This document shows positions 9,733-21,608 of a stretch of DNA of 64,000 nucleotides, in pieces. The stretch lies in the NCBI RefSeq assembly GCF_056746865.1, contig NZ_CM163382.1. The stretch is one strand, 5' to 3'. The position numbers were made by a program, and so were the translations under genes. The notes beneath the pieces are model-generated. The model was not told the origin of the DNA. It saw nothing but the letters and a program-made list of their open reading frames with translations, and ran no database searches. The number at the start of each line of letters is the position of its first letter. The first letter of the stretch is position 1.

Positions 9733-12034
9733 GTGTCAGTTCCGGACCGTTGTATTTTTCCAGCCATGCCAGCGCCGTATTACCCGCACAGCCATTCCCC
9801 AGCCGCGAGCTGGGGAGATCTTTGGTCAGAACGTTCACCGCGCCGTTTTTACAAATACCGTCAGCGGTTAAATCCAGATCCGGCCAAGCCCCTTCATGAA
9901 TACAAATCACGCCAGGTTTAATTCCCTCGCTAATGACCGCTCCGGCAAGAATTTGCCCGCGTGCGTTCCACAACCGAACAATATCGCCATCTTGTATGCC
10001 GCGCGCCTGGGCATCGTCAGGATGAATGGTGACAGGCTCACGATTTGCCACCGCGTACAATTCGCGCAGAGAACTGTAATTCAGCTGGCTGTGCAGACGA
10101 TGTGCCGGATGAGCAGAAAGTACCTGCAACTGTTCCGGTTCGGCATTGCCCTGCCATTCGTCCGGCTCCAGCCACATTGGATGCCCAGGGCAATCCGGAT
10201 AAGCGTAATCGGCAATACGCTGCGAGAAGATTTCAATCTTGCCGCTGGCGGTTTTTAATGGATGCGCCTGCGGATCGCGGCGAAAATCGGCGAAGCGAAT
10301 AAACCGCTCACTGTCCGGGTTTTCCGGCATCTCAATTAACTGGTTGGCTTTCCAGAACTCAGCAAATGGCGGCAATTCAACCTGCTGGCTTGCCCCGCGC
10401 TGCCGGGCAACGTTATAAAACGTTTCCAGCCATTGCAGCTCACTTTGTCCTTCCGTAAACCGCGCATAGCCGCCCTTCTCCCAACGTTCACTCAACTCGG
10501 CAAAGACATCAAAATCATTACGCGCTTCATAACGTGGCGGCACCACTTGTTTCATCGGCACCAGATGCTGATTACTGTAATCACCGGTCATGGTGAGATC
10601 ATTACGCTCAAAAGAGGTAGTCGCAGGCAGAACGATATCCGCGTGTTTCGCCGCAGCCGTCCAGAAGCATTCAGAGATCACCACCAGCTCCGGTTTTTGC
10701 CAGGCACGGATCAGGCGATTGGTATCCTGATGATGAGTAAAGTTGGCACCGCCCGCCCACCAGATAAAACGAATATCCGGGAAATGTCGGTTCATACCGT
10801 TGTGTTGATATGCGCCACCAGGGTTTTCCAGTGCTTCAACAATGCGGGCAACAGGGATTTTATCTACCGCATCGGTGCCGCCAGGCAAGCTGCCCTGCAT
10901 GGAAGAGAGCACCGCAGAACGCCGCGTGGGGTTACCACCATTGGCAAAATGATAAGAAAGACCAAAACCGCCGCCGGGTGTGCCGATTTGCCCCAACATT
11001 GCCGCCAGCGTGACGATCATCCAATGTTTTTGCTCACCAAACTGTTGACGCTGCATTCCCCAGCCAGCCATCAGCATGGTCGTGTTTTGGTGGAAAAGAG
11101 CCGCCAGCTCGCGGATTTTCTCTGCGTTAACCCCACAAATCCCTGCCGCCCATTCGGCGGTTTTGGCTATTCCGTCACTCTCGCCCAGCAAATAAGAGGC
11201 GAAGACGGCATAACCGGTGGTGCAACGCGCCAGAAACGCTTCGTCGTGCCAACCATTTTCCACCAGCGTATAGGCGATCCCCAGCATCAGCGCAACATCG
11301 GTGCCCATGTGCGGTGCCACCCACTCCATTTTATCGCCAAAGAACTCAACGGTTTCCGATCGCATTGGATCAATGCAGATCAGCTTTTTCCCGCTGTCAC
11401 GCAGTGCAGAAAAGTAAGAAAGCCCCTGCTCATCGGATGCATTCCACGCAATTTTCAGCGTATTGAGTGGGTTAGCACTCCACAGCACCACGACATCGCT
11501 ATGTTCCAGCACCAACGGCCAACTGGTTTGCTGTTGATAAACTTCGCTGCCCCCCACGACATACGGCATGATCGCCTGTGCTGCACCGGTCGAATAATCC
11601 CCCAGATGCCCGGTATAACCGCCTGCCAGCGCCATATAGCGTTGTAATAATGTCGAGGCCTTATGCAGCACGCCGTTTGAACGCCAGCCGTAGGAACCAG
11701 CAAAAATCGATGCCGGACCATAAGCCTCACGAATGCGTTTATGTTGTTGGTGAATAAGATCCAGCGCCTCATCCCAACTCACACGAACAAATTCATCCTG
11801 CCCGCGAATGCCTTGCGGTTTTTCCGGTGACGCAAGAAAGCCTTTGCGCACCATTGGAAATCGTACCCGCGTATTGCTGTGAACCTGGTCGCGAACCGCG
11901 CTCTGCAAGGAGTTTTCCATTCCTGTGGTTAACGCGCCACGCGAGCTAAGCACGGTTTCGCCGTCGGTTTCAACCAGCATGGGCCCCCAGTGGGCGGCAG
12001 TCAGAACGGAATATCGTGAGGATGAGTTGGCCAA
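9701..12034 (-). CDS. bisC: Biotin sulfoxide reductase BisC (molybdopterin oxidoreductase)
   Basis: Translation [43 protein letters not shown]...; 777 aa; 3' end overlaps yiaC 3' end convergently by 32 bp. Confidence 0.95.
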   Translation of the reverse strand: MANSSSRYSVLTAAHWGPMLVETDGETVLSSRGALTTGMENSLQSAVRDQVHSNTRVRFPMVRKGFLASPEKPQGIRGQDEFVRVSWDEALDLIHQQHKRIREAYGPASIFAGSYGWRSNGVLHKASTLLQRYMALAGGYTGHLGDYSTGAAQAIMPYVVGGSEVYQQQTSWPLVLEHSDVVVLWSANPLNTLKIAWNASDEQGLSYFSALRDSGKKLICIDPMRSETVEFFGDKMEWVAPHMGTDVALMLGIAYTLVENGWHDEAFLARCTTGYAVFASYLLGESDGIAKTAEWAAGICGVNAEKIRELAALFHQNTTMLMAGWGMQRQQFGEQKHWMIVTLAAMLGQIGTPGGGFGLSYHFANGGNPTRRSAVLSSMQGSLPGGTDAVDKIPVARIVEALENPGGAYQHNGMNRHFPDIRFIWWAGGANFTHHQDTNRLIRAWQKPELVVISECFWTAAAKHADIVLPATTSFERNDLTMTGDYSNQHLVPMKQVVPPRYEARNDFDVFAELSERWEKGGYARFTEGQSELQWLETFYNVARQRGASQQVELPPFAEFWKANQLIEMPENPDSERFIRFADFRRDPQAHPLKTASGKIEIFSQRIADYAYPDCPGHPMWLEPDEWQGNAEPEQLQVLSAHPAHRLHSQLNYSSLRELYAVANREPVTIHPDDAQARGIQDGDIVRLWNARGQILAGAVISEGIKPGVICIHEGAWPDLDLTADGICKNGAVNVLTKDLPSSRLGNGCAGNTALAWLEKYNGPELTLTAFEPPASS

Positions 12035-12186
12035 ACCGAAGGCTCCTGAAAGGTTAGATGTATTGAGCAGTTAAATATTACTTACAAATTTCCGAGTATT
12101 CCCAGGAATAATCTTCATGTTCACGCGGCATAATCTCCCGCCACGGAACCCGTGGCAAAGAATAAAAAGGTTATTAAGGATTAACA

Positions 12187-12846
12187 ATGAAGAAACGTGT
12201 TTATCTTATTGCCGCCGTAGTGAGTGGCGCTCTGGCGGTATCTGGCTGCACAACTAACCCTTACACTGGCGAACGCGAAGCAGGTAAATCTGCTATCGGC
12301 GCAGGTCTGGGCTCTCTCGTTGGCGCGGGTATTGGTGCGCTCTCTTCTTCGAAGAAAGATCGCGGTAAAGGCGCGCTGATTGGCGCAGCAGCAGGCGCAG
12401 CTTTGGGCGGCGGCGTGGGTTATTACATGGATGTGCAGGAAGCGAAGCTGCGTGACAAAATGCGCGGCACTGGTGTTAGCGTAACCCGCAGCGGGGATAA
12501 CATTATCCTCAATATGCCGAACAATGTGACCTTCGACAGCAGCAGCGCGACCCTGAAACCGGCAGGCGCTAACACCCTGACCGGCGTGGCAATGGTGCTG
12601 AAAGAGTATCCGAAAACGGCGGTTAACGTGATTGGTTATACCGACAGCACGGGTGGTCACGACCTGAACATGCGTCTCTCCCAGCAGCGTGCGGATTCCG
12701 TTGCCAGCGCGTTGATCACCCAGGGCGTGGACGCCAGCCGCATCCGTACTCAGGGCCTTGGCCCGGCTAACCCAATCGCCAGCAACAGCACCGCAGAAGG
12801 TAAGGCGCAAAACCGCCGTGTAGAAATTACCTTAAGCCCGCTGTAA
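12187..12846 (+). CDS. yiaD: OmpA-family outer membrane lipoprotein YiaD
   Basis: Translation MKKRVYLIAAVVSGALAVSGC... lipobox then OmpA C-terminal domain (NVIGYTDSTGG...NRRVEI). Confidence 0.93.
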   Translation: MKKRVYLIAAVVSGALAVSGCTTNPYTGEREAGKSAIGAGLGSLVGAGIGALSSSKKDRGKGALIGAAAGAALGGGVGYYMDVQEAKLRDKMRGTGVSVTRSGDNIILNMPNNVTFDSSSATLKPAGANTLTGVAMVLKEYPKTAVNVIGYTDSTGGHDLNMRLSQQRADSVASALITQGVDASRIRTQGLGPANPIASNSTAEGKAQNRRVEITLSPL

Positions 12847-12949
12847 TCCCTTTCATGCCAGGTGATGCAGAAATCACCTGGCATTCTTCAGTTTTCCTTC
12901 ATCATATTTCAGGCTAAGGTGATCGCCTTATCAGTGAATGGAGAGAAGC

Positions 12950-13924
12950 ATGAAGCCGTCCGTTATCCTCTACAAAGCCTTACCTGATGATTTACTGCAA
13001 CGCCTGCAAGAGCATTTCACCGTTCACCAGGTGGCAAACCTCAGCCCACAAACCATCGAACAAAATGCAGCAATTTTTGCCGAAGCTGAAGGTTTACTGG
13101 GTTCAAACGAGAATGTTGATGCCGCATTGCTGGGAAAAATGCCGAAACTGCGTGCCACATCAACGATCTCCGTCGGCTATGACAATTTTGATGTCGATGC
13201 GCTTACCGCCCGAAAAATTCTGCTGATGCACACGCCAACCGTATTAACAGAAACCGTCGCCGATACGCTGATGGCGCTGGTGTTGTCTACCGCTCGTCGG
13301 GTTGTGGAGGTAGCAGAACGGGTAAAAGCAGGCGAATGGACCGCGAGCATAGGCCCGGACTGGTACGGCACTGACGTTCACCATAAAACACTGGGCATTG
13401 TCGGGATGGGACGGATCGGCATGGCGCTGGCACAACGTGCGCACTTTGGCTTCAATATGCCCATCCTCTATAACGCGCGCCGCCACCATAAAGAAGCAGA
13501 AGAACGCTTCAACGCCCGCTACTGCGATTTGGATTCACTGTTACAAGAGTCAGATTTCGTTTGCCTGATCCTGCCGTTAACTGATGAGACGTATCATCTA
13601 TTTGGCGCAGAACAATTCGGCAAAATGAAATCCTCCGCCATTTTCATTAATGCCGGACGTGGCCCGGTGGTTGATGAAAATGCACTGATTGCTGCATTGC
13701 AGAAAGGCGAAATTCACGCCGCCGGGCTGGATGTCTTCGAACAAGAGCCACTGTCTGTAGATTCGCCGTTGCTCTCAATGGCCAACGTCGTCGCGGTACC
13801 GCATATTGGTTCAGCCACTCATGAGACGCGTTATGGCATGGCTGCCTGTGCCGTGGATAACTTGATTGATGCGTTACAAGGAAAGGTTGAGAAGAACTGT
13901 GTAAATCCGCACGTCGCGGACTAA
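12950..13924 (+). CDS. ghrB: Glyoxylate/hydroxypyruvate reductase B (2-ketoaldonate reductase), 324 aa
   Basis: Translation [28 protein letters not shown]...; D-isomer 2-hydroxyacid dehydrogenase motifs; start at ATG 12950. Confidence 0.93.
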   Translation: MKPSVILYKALPDDLLQRLQEHFTVHQVANLSPQTIEQNAAIFAEAEGLLGSNENVDAALLGKMPKLRATSTISVGYDNFDVDALTARKILLMHTPTVLTETVADTLMALVLSTARRVVEVAERVKAGEWTASIGPDWYGTDVHHKTLGIVGMGRIGMALAQRAHFGFNMPILYNARRHHKEAEERFNARYCDLDSLLQESDFVCLILPLTDETYHLFGAEQFGKMKSSAIFINAGRGPVVDENALIAALQKGEIHAAGLDVFEQEPLSVDSPLLSMANVVAVPHIGSATHETRYGMAACAVDNLIDALQGKVEKNCVNPHVAD

Positions 13925-13942
13925 GCCGCGACTGCGTGGAGT

Positions 13943-13968
13943 AAAGCCCGATAATCGCTCGGGCTTTT
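13943..13968. terminator. Bidirectional rho-independent terminator between convergent ghrB and yiaF
   Basis: aaagcccgataatcgctcgggctttt hairpin flanked by A/T runs. Confidence 0.7.
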
Positions 13969-13973
13969 ACTCT

Positions 13974-14684
13974 TTATTGGGTTGCAGTAACTGCTGTAGT
14001 CCAGGCCTGATTAAACGCCTGATGCTGTGCCGGTAATGGCGCAATCAGTTTGTTATATTCACTTGCCTGCTGCGAAGTCGGGAACTGGATGCCATTTGCG
14101 ACAAAGCTCACCTGAGTACCTTGCTGAGCAATGTAGTCTCCAACCATCACCAGTTGTTGCGTGAAAGTTTGTGCCGCCGGAATCAACGGTTGCAACGCAT
14201 CAGCTGGCGTCGTTACCACTTTGGTGAATGCCTGATCGAAGACCGGTTTCAGGTCATCGCTCTGTTTTAGCGCAGAGTGCGCAGCATCGGCCTGCAACTT
14301 CGCATTTTGCAGCTGTTGCGCCAGTACACCCAGAGAACCGTTCATTTCACGCAGTGGGCCGCTTTGCGTAACGTAATCCTGCGGTACGCGAATTGCGTTA
14401 ACGCTGTCTACAACCGGGCGCAGACCGGAATCCATCGCCTGATTCACCTGCTGTGAATAACCATACAGAATCGCGTAATCAGAGACAAAAGGACCAAATT
14501 GTTTTTTCTGATCGGCAGTCAGGGTAGGTAGACGTTCACCGCTACGCATCACTGTATTCTGCAGGAAGTCGATAAACGCTTTACGCTGATCGCCTTCTTT
14601 ATCAAAACACCCACTCAGGCTAACTACCATTAATAACGCCGCAAGAGGCGCAAACCAGCGAGAGCAGGACTTTCCTGTCGCCAT
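13974..14684 (-). CDS. yiaF: Lipoprotein YiaF (DUF3053), 236 aa
   Basis: Translation MATGKSCSRWFAPLAALLMVVSLSGCFDKEGDQRKAF...; ATG at complement 14682..14684 preceded by AGGAG. Confidence 0.9.
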   Translation of the reverse strand: MATGKSCSRWFAPLAALLMVVSLSGCFDKEGDQRKAFIDFLQNTVMRSGERLPTLTADQKKQFGPFVSDYAILYGYSQQVNQAMDSGLRPVVDSVNAIRVPQDYVTQSGPLREMNGSLGVLAQQLQNAKLQADAAHSALKQSDDLKPVFDQAFTKVVTTPADALQPLIPAAQTFTQQLVMVGDYIAQQGTQVSFVANGIQFPTSQQASEYNKLIAPLPAQHQAFNQAWTTAVTATQ

Positions 14685-15117
14685 TTTCTTACTCCTTTCA
14701 CCCAAAAAAAGCGCACAACGACACACGCGTGTCTGACGTGACAAGGATAGTCCAGGACAAGCTTGCAGGATACCCTTTCTACGTAATCTTCCTGGTAAAA
14801 TCATGGAGAAAATGAAACAAGGTTAATTTGTTGTTTCATTGTTAAAAAATGATAGTGCCGTTGCTTTTTTTGTTGCCAGAGATTAACGCCTTCTCAGAAC
14901 GTTAGATTTTCGAAATCTTTACAAACCGGGAGTGGTAAGAGATATATCGGCATTTATCAGATCGTTAGGTGGCTATAAGTCACGCTAAATGACTGGCTGA
15001 ATCGAATCATAGCCAGAGCATGCCCTGACTACACCCCGCTGTGTCTGTTTTTCCCGACTATTCTTAATGAGCTTCGATGCAATTCACGATCCCGCAGTGT
15101 GATTTGAGGAGTTTTCA

Positions 15118-15408
15118 ATGGAATATAAAGATCCAATGCATGAGCTGTTGAGCAGCCTGGAACAGATTGTTTTTAAAGATGAAACGCAGAAAATTACCCT
15201 GACGCACAGAACAACGTCCTGTACCGAAATTGAGCAGTTACGAAAAGGGACAGGGTTAAAAATCGATGATTTCGCCCGGGTTTTGGGCGTATCAGTCGCC
15301 ATGGTAAAGGAATGGGAATCCAGACGCGTGAAGCCTTCAAGTGCCGAACTAAAATTGATGCGTTTGATTCAAGCCAACCCGGCATTAAGTAAGCAGTTGA
15401 TGGAATAG
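15118..15408 (+). CDS. yiaG: XRE-family HTH transcriptional regulator YiaG
   Basis: Translation MEYKDPMHELLSSLEQIVFKDETQKITLTHRTTSCTEIEQLRKGTGLKIDDFARVLGVSVAMVKEWESRR... Confidence 0.9.
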   Translation: MEYKDPMHELLSSLEQIVFKDETQKITLTHRTTSCTEIEQLRKGTGLKIDDFARVLGVSVAMVKEWESRRVKPSSAELKLMRLIQANPALSKQLME

Positions 15409-15529
15409 ACTTTTATCCACTTTATTGCTGTTTACGGTCCTGATGACAGGACCGTTTTCCAACCGATTAATCATAAATATGAAAAATAATTGTTGCATCA
15501 CCCGCCAATGCGTGGCTTAATGCACATCA

Positions 15530-15688
15530 ACGGTTTGACGTACAGACCATTAAAGCAGTGTAGTAAGGCAAGTCCCTTCAAGAGTTATCGTTGATACCCC
15601 TCGTAGTGCACATTCCTTTAACGCTTCAAAATCTGTAAAGCACGCCATATCGCCGAAAGGCACACTTAATTATTAAAGGTAATACACT
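15530..15688 (+). promoter_or_regulatory. cspA long 5' untranslated leader (cold-box / RNA thermosensor region); 5' boundary approximate
   Basis: About 160 nt AT-rich leader upstream of cspA ATG; cspA leader function is established knowledge, TSS not determined here. Confidence 0.55.
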
Positions 15689-15901
15689 ATGTCCGGTAAA
15701 ATGACTGGTATCGTAAAATGGTTCAACGCTGACAAAGGCTTCGGCTTCATCACTCCTGACGATGGCTCTAAAGACGTGTTCGTACACTTCTCTGCTATCC
15801 AGAACGATGGTTACAAATCTCTGGACGAAGGTCAGAAAGTGTCCTTCACCATCGAAAGCGGCGCTAAAGGCCCGGCAGCTGGCAACGTAACCAGCCTGTA
15901 A
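15689..15901 (+). CDS. cspA: Major cold shock protein CspA, 70 aa
   Basis: Translation [70 protein letters not shown]. Confidence 0.98.
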
Positions 15902-15928
15902 TCTCTGCTTAAAAGCACAGAATCTAAG

Positions 15929-15958
15929 ATCCCTGCCATTTGGCGGGGATTTTTTTAT
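15929..15958 (+). terminator. cspA rho-independent terminator
   Basis: atccctgccatttggcggggattttttt. Confidence 0.8.
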
Positions 15959-16088
15959 TTGTTTTTCAGGAAATAAATAATCGATCGCGTAATAGAATCT
16001 AGTGTTATTTTTGTGAAGAATAAATTTGGGTGCAATGAGAATGCGCAACACCGTAAGAAAGGCGGGAATAATTTCCCGCCGAAGACGC

Positions 16089-16241
16089 TTACTCTTTCAA
16101 TTTGCAGGCTAAAAACGCCGCCAGCTCATAACTCTCCTGTTTAATATGCAATTCACACAGTGAATCTCTTATCATCCAGGTGAAAAATAAAAGCGTGAAA
16201 CAAATCACTATTAAAGAAAGTAATCTATATTTCTGCGGCAT
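16089..16241 (-). CDS. hokA: Type I toxin HokA (Hok/Gef family membrane peptide), 50 aa
   Basis: Translation MPQKYRLLSLIVICFTLLFFTWMIRDSLCELHIKQESYELAAFLACKLKE; intact frame. Confidence 0.9.
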   Translation of the reverse strand: MPQKYRLLSLIVICFTLLFFTWMIRDSLCELHIKQESYELAAFLACKLKE

Positions 16242-16301
16242 TCCCAGCCCCCTGTGTTGATTTCCAACGAGTAAGAGGCTAACCTTATGGTGTCTATGCA
16301 T
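16089..16301 (-). CDS. mokA: MokA, in-frame upstream reading frame coupled to hokA translation, 70 aa
   Basis: ATG at complement 16299..16301; frame continuous into hokA; hok/mok/sok architecture is established knowledge. Confidence 0.6.
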   Translation of the reverse strand: MHRHHKVSLLLVGNQHRGLGMPQKYRLLSLIVICFTLLFFTWMIRDSLCELHIKQESYELAAFLACKLKE

Positions 16302-16521
16302 AGAGGGGCCTCACTTTGATTTATAGTCAGGTGGGGCTTTTCTCTGTCTGCCTTTCGGTGAATACCTGAGACAAACAGTCTCAAGCACCCGCAGCTATTC
16401 TAGCTTAATAAGTTCGTTTCTTCTCCTTGATATAATCCTAAAAAAATCTCATAAAATTAATATATGAGACAATCTTTATTCAGCAGAAGATTATTAAAGG
16501 TTGCTCTATTATTTAGCGATA

Positions 16522-16550
16522 AAAAAGCCTGCCAGATGGCAGGCTTTTTA
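16522..16550 (-). terminator. Rho-independent terminator downstream of glyS (palindromic, potentially bidirectional)
   Basis: aaaaaagcctgccagatggcaggctttttt. Confidence 0.8.
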
Positions 16551-16562
16551 ATAATGGCGTTA

Positions 16563-18632
16563 TTACTGTAACAGCGAAATATCCGCAACGCGCAGGAACA
16601 GTTCGCGCAGTTTCTCCAGCATGGTCAAACGGTTGATACGCAATTCTTTGTCATCAACCATGACCATCACTTTATCGAAGAAGGCATCAACCGGTTCACG
16701 CAGCTCTGCCAGTTCGACCAGCGCATCCTGGTAACGACCTTCCGCAAAGTACGGCTCCAGCTTGTCACGTAGCACCACAACCTGCATCGCCAGTTTAATT
16801 TCTTCCGGCTCTTTCAGAGTAGAGGCATTCACGCGGTCGCTCAGCACTTCGTCAGATTTCGCCAGAATGTTAGATACACGCTTGTTCGCCGCCGCCAGTG
16901 CTGCAGCTGCATCCAGGGTACGGAAGTGCGATACCGCTTTCATTCGGGCATCGAAATCAGCCGGACGAGTCGGACGACGCGCCAGTACCGCCTGGATGGT
17001 GTCAACAGTGTAACCTTCGTCCTGATACCAGGCGCGGAAGCGACCGAGCATAAAGTCGATAACATCATCAACCACGTTGGCATTTGTCAGCTTATCGCCA
17101 TACAAACGCACCGCTTCTTCGGTCAGGGTTTGCAGGTCAAGATTGAGGTTCTTCTCAACGATAATACGCAGCACGCCAAGTGCGGCACGACGCAGCGCAA
17201 ACGGGTCTTTGTCGCCTTTCGGATGCTGACCGATACCGAAGATACCCGCCAGAGTATCCATCTTGTCAGCAATCGCCAGCGCACAGGCTACCGGGTTAGA
17301 CGGCAGGTCATCACCGGCAAAGCGCGGCTGATACTGCTCGTTCAGCGCCACTGCAACATCTTCCGCTTCGCCATCGTGACGCGCGTAGTGCATCCCCATA
17401 ACGCCCTGGGTGTCGGTGAACTCGAAGACCATGTTGGTCATCAGGTCGCACTTGGACAGCAGGCCCGCACGGGTTGCGTGGTTAACGTCAGCGCCAATCT
17501 GTTCAGCAATCCAGCCAGCCAGCGCCTGGATGCGGTCAGTTTTGTCACGCAGTGTGCCAAGCTGTTGCTGGAACAGCACGGTTTGCAGACGCGGCAGATT
17601 ATCTTCCAGACGTTTTTTACGGTCGGTGTTGAAGAAGAACTCGGCATCCGCCAGACGTGGACGAACGACTTTCTCGTTACCAGAGATAATTTGCTGCGGA
17701 TCTTTCGATTCGATGTTGGCAACGAAGATAAAGTTCGGCAGCAGTTTGCCGTCGTTCGCATACACCGGGAAGTACTTCTGGTCACCTTTCATGGTGTAAA
17801 CCAGCGCTTCAGACGGCACCGCGAGGAATTTCTCTTCGAATTTTGCGGTCAGCACAACCGGCCATTCCACCAGCGAAGCGACTTCTTCCAACAGGCTTTC
17901 GCTTAAGTCAGCGTTACCGCCAATCTTACGCGCCGCTTCTTCGGCATCGGCTTTAATCTTCGCCTTACGTTCTTCGTAATCGGCGATGACTTTCCCGCGC
18001 TCACGCAGAATTTCCGGGTATTGATCGGCATTGTCGATAGTGAATTCCGGCTCGCCCATAAAGCGGTGGCCGCGAATCACGCGATCGGACTGAATGCCCA
18101 GAATGGTAGCCGGAATAACTTTGTCGCCCAGCAGCAGGGTCACGGTGTGCACCGGACGCACGAAGTGCACGTCGCTTGCACCCCAGCGCATCAGTTTCGG
18201 GATCGGCAGTTTCGCCAGCGAAGTCGCAACCATATTCGGCAGCAGTGCTTCGGTGCTTTCGCCCTTCACGTGGGCGCGATACAGCAGCCATTCACCTTTA
18301 TCGGTAGTCAGACGCTCAGCCTGGTCAACGGTAATACCGCAACCACGCGCCCAGCCTTCTGCCGCTTTGCTCGGTTTGCCTTCAGCGTCGAACGCCTGGG
18401 CAATCGCCGGGCCGCGTTTTTCGATTTCACGATCCGGTTGCGCTTCCGCCAGGTTAGCTACTTTCAGCGCCAGACGACGCGGAGCAGCAAACCATTGAAC
18501 GGTGCCGTGTGCGAGGCCAGCGTTATCCAGCTCCGCAGTAAAGTTCGCAGCAAAGGACTCAGCCAGGCTGCGCAGTGCTTTTGGTGGCAGCTCTTCAGTG
18601 CCGATTTCCACCAGAAAAGTTTTCTCAGACAT
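16563..18632 (-). CDS. glyS: Glycine--tRNA ligase beta subunit
   Basis: Translation [43 protein letters not shown]...; 689 aa. Confidence 0.98.
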   Translation of the reverse strand: MSEKTFLVEIGTEELPPKALRSLAESFAANFTAELDNAGLAHGTVQWFAAPRRLALKVANLAEAQPDREIEKRGPAIAQAFDAEGKPSKAAEGWARGCGITVDQAERLTTDKGEWLLYRAHVKGESTEALLPNMVATSLAKLPIPKLMRWGASDVHFVRPVHTVTLLLGDKVIPATILGIQSDRVIRGHRFMGEPEFTIDNADQYPEILRERGKVIADYEERKAKIKADAEEAARKIGGNADLSESLLEEVASLVEWPVVLTAKFEEKFLAVPSEALVYTMKGDQKYFPVYANDGKLLPNFIFVANIESKDPQQIISGNEKVVRPRLADAEFFFNTDRKKRLEDNLPRLQTVLFQQQLGTLRDKTDRIQALAGWIAEQIGADVNHATRAGLLSKCDLMTNMVFEFTDTQGVMGMHYARHDGEAEDVAVALNEQYQPRFAGDDLPSNPVACALAIADKMDTLAGIFGIGQHPKGDKDPFALRRAALGVLRIIVEKNLNLDLQTLTEEAVRLYGDKLTNANVVDDVIDFMLGRFRAWYQDEGYTVDTIQAVLARRPTRPADFDARMKAVSHFRTLDAAAALAAANKRVSNILAKSDEVLSDRVNASTLKEPEEIKLAMQVVVLRDKLEPYFAEGRYQDALVELAELREPVDAFFDKVMVMVDDKELRINRLTMLEKLRELFLRVADISLLQ

Positions 18633-18641
18633 AGCCGCCTC

Positions 18642-19553
18642 TTACTTATCTTTGTTGCACATCGGGAAGCCGAGGGCTTCACGGGAAGCGTAGTATGCTT
18701 CTGCCACTGCTTTGGTCAGGGTGCGAATGCGCAGAATATAGCGCTGACGCTCGGTGACGGAGATGGCTTTACGCGCATCCAGCAGGTTGAAGCTGTGGGC
18801 GGCTTTCAGAATACGTTCGTAGGCTGGCAACGGCAGCGGATTTTCCAGCGCCAGCAGCTGCTGCGCTTCTTTCTCGTACTGCTCAAAGCAGGTGAACAGG
18901 AAGTCCACATCCGCGTATTCGAAGTTGTAAGTGGACTGCTCCACTTCGTTCTGATGGAACACGTCGCCGTAGGTGGTTTTACCCAGCGGGCCGTCGCTCC
19001 AGACCAGGTCGTAAACGCTGTCTACGCCCTGAATGTACATTGCCAGACGTTCCAGACCGTAGGTGATCTCGCCGGTAACCGGTTTACACTCCAGACCACC
19101 AACCTGCTGGAAGTAAGTGAACTGCGTCACTTCCATGCCGTTCAGCCACACTTCCCAGCCCAGCCCCCAGGCACCCAGCGTCGGGTTTTCCCAGTTATCT
19201 TCCACGAAACGGATGTCGTGGATGGTCGGGTCCATGCCCAGCTCTTTCAGAGAACCAAGGTACAGCTCCTGAATATTGTCCGGCGATGGCTTAATGACCA
19301 CCTGGAACTGATAGTAGTGCTGTAAACGGTTGGGGTTTTCGCCGTAGCGACCATCGGTCGGGCGACGAGAAGGCTGGACATAAGCAGCCGCCATCGGTTC
19401 TGGCCCCAGCGCGCGCAGACAGGTCATTGGGTGAGAGGTTCCCGCGCCGACTTCCATGTCCAATGGTTGAACAATGGTGCAGCCCTGGCGAGCCCAGTAA
19501 TCCTGTAAGGTCAGGATCAAGCCCTGGAAGGTCCTGGTATCAAACTTTTGCAT
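18642..19553 (-). CDS. glyQ: Glycine--tRNA ligase alpha subunit
   Basis: Translation [44 protein letters not shown]...; 303 aa. Confidence 0.98.
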
Positions 19554-19647
19554 ATTATTTCGTGCTGGATACGTGTGGATTTAAAGGAAGGGATCAGTAT
19601 ACCCGCTGGATGGAAGATATACAGTACGAAACGGGAAAAAGCAGGGC

Positions 19648-19956
19648 TTAACGCATGGAAAGATGCAAAAAATGGCCATCTGCGTCAAAAGAACAGACAA
19701 ACTGCTCTTTACGGAAGGTATAACCGCGCATTTCGTAGCTCCCCTGGAACTGTTCAAATGCGGTGACGTCGATTTTTTGCGCACCTGTATTATAGCGTTT
19801 TGCCGCCTGATCTTTGCATAGCCCTTCCATATTCAACGAACGCAGAGGATCAACCTTTACCCGTTGTGCTTTCTGCACGGGTGGCGGTGTAGAACAACCC
19901 ACTAGCGCCATAAGCACCATAAGCGCCATTGCCGGAAAGAAAGAGTTCATCATCAT
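19648..19956 (-). CDS. ysaB: Small lipoprotein YsaB
   Basis: Translation MMMNSFFPAMALMVLMALVGCSTPPPVQKAQRVKVDPL... lipobox LVGC. Confidence 0.85.
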   Translation of the reverse strand: MMMNSFFPAMALMVLMALVGCSTPPPVQKAQRVKVDPLRSLNMEGLCKDQAAKRYNTGAQKIDVTAFEQFQGSYEMRGYTFRKEQFVCSFDADGHFLHLSMR

Positions 19957-20130
19957 TAAATTACCGTCTGGTTTGCAGGTGAGTCTTATTATTTATATCG
20001 GTATAGTGGCTGATATCTTACGAATTTCCTTAAGCCTCTATAAGCTGTAGTGATAAAACTCAGATTATTCCAGTGCGCCAACCGAATGATTTATCGGTCA
20101 GACTTTTTTTAACCAGATACAGAGACACAG

Positions 20131-21126
20131 ATGCAGCCCAAAATTTACTGGATTGATAACCTGCGAGGGATAGCGTGTTTAATGGTGGTGATGATTCACA
20201 CCACTACCTGGTATGTGACCAATGCTCATAGTGTTAGCCCCGTCACATGGGATATCGCCAATGTTCTGAATTCTGCCTCTCGTGTCAGCGTGCCGCTATT
20301 TTTCATGATTTCCGGCTATCTCTTTTTTGGCGAACGCAGCGCCCAGCCGCGCCATTTCTTGCGTATCGGCTTATGTCTGCTTTTTTATAGCGCAATCGCA
20401 CTGCTCTACATTGCGCTGTTTACCTCCATCAATATGGAGTTAGCGCTGAAAAACCTGCTGCAAAAGCCAGTGTTTTACCACTTGTGGTTTTTCTTCGCGA
20501 TTGCGGTGATTTATCTGGTTTCACCGCTGATTCAGGTGAAGAACGTCGGCGGAAAAATGTTGCTGGTGCTAATGGTGGTGATTGGCATTATCGCTAACCC
20601 AAACACAGTGCCGCAGAAAATTGACGGTTTTGAATGGCTGCCAATTAACTTATATATCAATGGCGATACTTTTTACTACATCCTGTATGGCATGTTGGGC
20701 CGCGCTATAGGGATGATGGACACACAGCATAAAGCACTGTCGTGGGTGTGCGCCGCACTGTTTGCGACGGGGGTTTTTATTATCTCTCGCGGGACATTAT
20801 ATGAATTGCAGTGGCGCGGAAATTTTGCCGATACCTGGTATCTTTACTGTGGGCCGATGGTTTTTATCTGCGCAACCACGCTATTGACTCTGGTTAAAAA
20901 CACGCTTGATACGCGTACTGTTCGCGGACTTGGCTTAATCTCCCGCCATTCGTTGGGTATATACGGATTCCACGCCTTGATTATCCATGCACTGCGCACC
21001 CGGGGGATTGAGCTTAAAAACTGGCCAATACTCGATATTATTTGGATCTTTTGCGCGACGTTGGCAGCGAGTTTGTTACTTTCTATGCTGGTACAACGAA
21101 TCGACAGAAACAGACTAGTGAGTTAA
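20131..21126 (+). CDS. wecH: O-acetyltransferase WecH (acyltransferase-3 family membrane protein)
   Basis: Translation [29 protein letters not shown]...; multi-TM. Confidence 0.93.
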   Translation: MQPKIYWIDNLRGIACLMVVMIHTTTWYVTNAHSVSPVTWDIANVLNSASRVSVPLFFMISGYLFFGERSAQPRHFLRIGLCLLFYSAIALLYIALFTSINMELALKNLLQKPVFYHLWFFFAIAVIYLVSPLIQVKNVGGKMLLVLMVVIGIIANPNTVPQKIDGFEWLPINLYINGDTFYYILYGMLGRAIGMMDTQHKALSWVCAALFATGVFIISRGTLYELQWRGNFADTWYLYCGPMVFICATTLLTLVKNTLDTRTVRGLGLISRHSLGIYGFHALIIHALRTRGIELKNWPILDIIWIFCATLAASLLLSMLVQRIDRNRLVS

Positions 21127-21130
21127 ATAA

Positions 21131-21160
21131 AAGCCCGGTCACATTGGACTGACCGGGCTT
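21131..21160. terminator. Bidirectional terminator between convergent wecH and yiaA
   Basis: agcccggtcacattggactgaccgggct hairpin. Confidence 0.7.
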
Positions 21161-21167
21161 ATGTGAA

Positions 21168-21608
21168 TTATTCGCTGTATTCTTCCTGGGTAATCTGTGT
21201 TTCTTTTGGTGGGTTTATTCCGGCATCACGAATATTCTTCTGCACCGCTACTGCACCAAACAAGCTTAAGAAGAAAGCCAGTCCATAAAAACCTTTCTCG
21301 CTGAGTAATAATGTCGCATTCCACAGACCTACCATCAGTAATGCAACAGAGATAATAAAGACAGTCAGGCAGGTCATATAATAAATGGAAGTGGTCGGTA
21401 TGCCTTCATACTTGTCCCGAACGGTCTTTTGATAAGACGCAGCAGAAAACAGTCCTAATACCAGTACGGCAAAATAATATCCTTTTTCATTTAACTGCAT
21501 CTCTGCATTCCATAGCCCTAACAGATAGGTAACGATACCACCAACGAGAGCTATCCATGACACAATACTAAAGGCCGGTGAATAGGTTGATATTTTGTTG
21601 TCCATCAC
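21168..21608 (-). CDS. yiaA: Inner membrane protein YiaA (YiaAB two-repeat family)
   Basis: Translation [46 protein letters not shown]... Confidence 0.9.
   Translation of the reverse strand: MMDNKISTYSPAFSIVSWIALVGGIVTYLLGLWNAEMQLNEKGYYFAVLVLGLFSAASYQKTVRDKYEGIPTTSIYYMTCLTVFIISVALLMVGLWNATLLLSEKGFYGLAFFLSLFGAVAVQKNIRDAGINPPKETQITQEEYSE

Noticed and set aside
10433-11647. 404-aa ORF antisense to bisC
   Set aside because: Lies entirely within the well-supported bisC coding region on the opposite strand; no domain-like features; shadow ORF.
14803-14826. 7-codon mini-ORF (MEKMKQG) followed by a hairpin and T-run in the yiaF-yiaG intergenic region, considered as a possible leader peptide or attenuator
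   Set aside because: The hairpin and T-run are about 25 bp apart, there is no clear SD, and the ATG overlaps the alternative upstream start of the yiaF frame; insufficient evidence.
18021-19325. 434-aa ORF antisense to glyS/glyQ
   Set aside because: Shadow ORF opposite essential, clearly identified tRNA-ligase genes; spans the glyQ-glyS junction, which a real gene would be unlikely to do.
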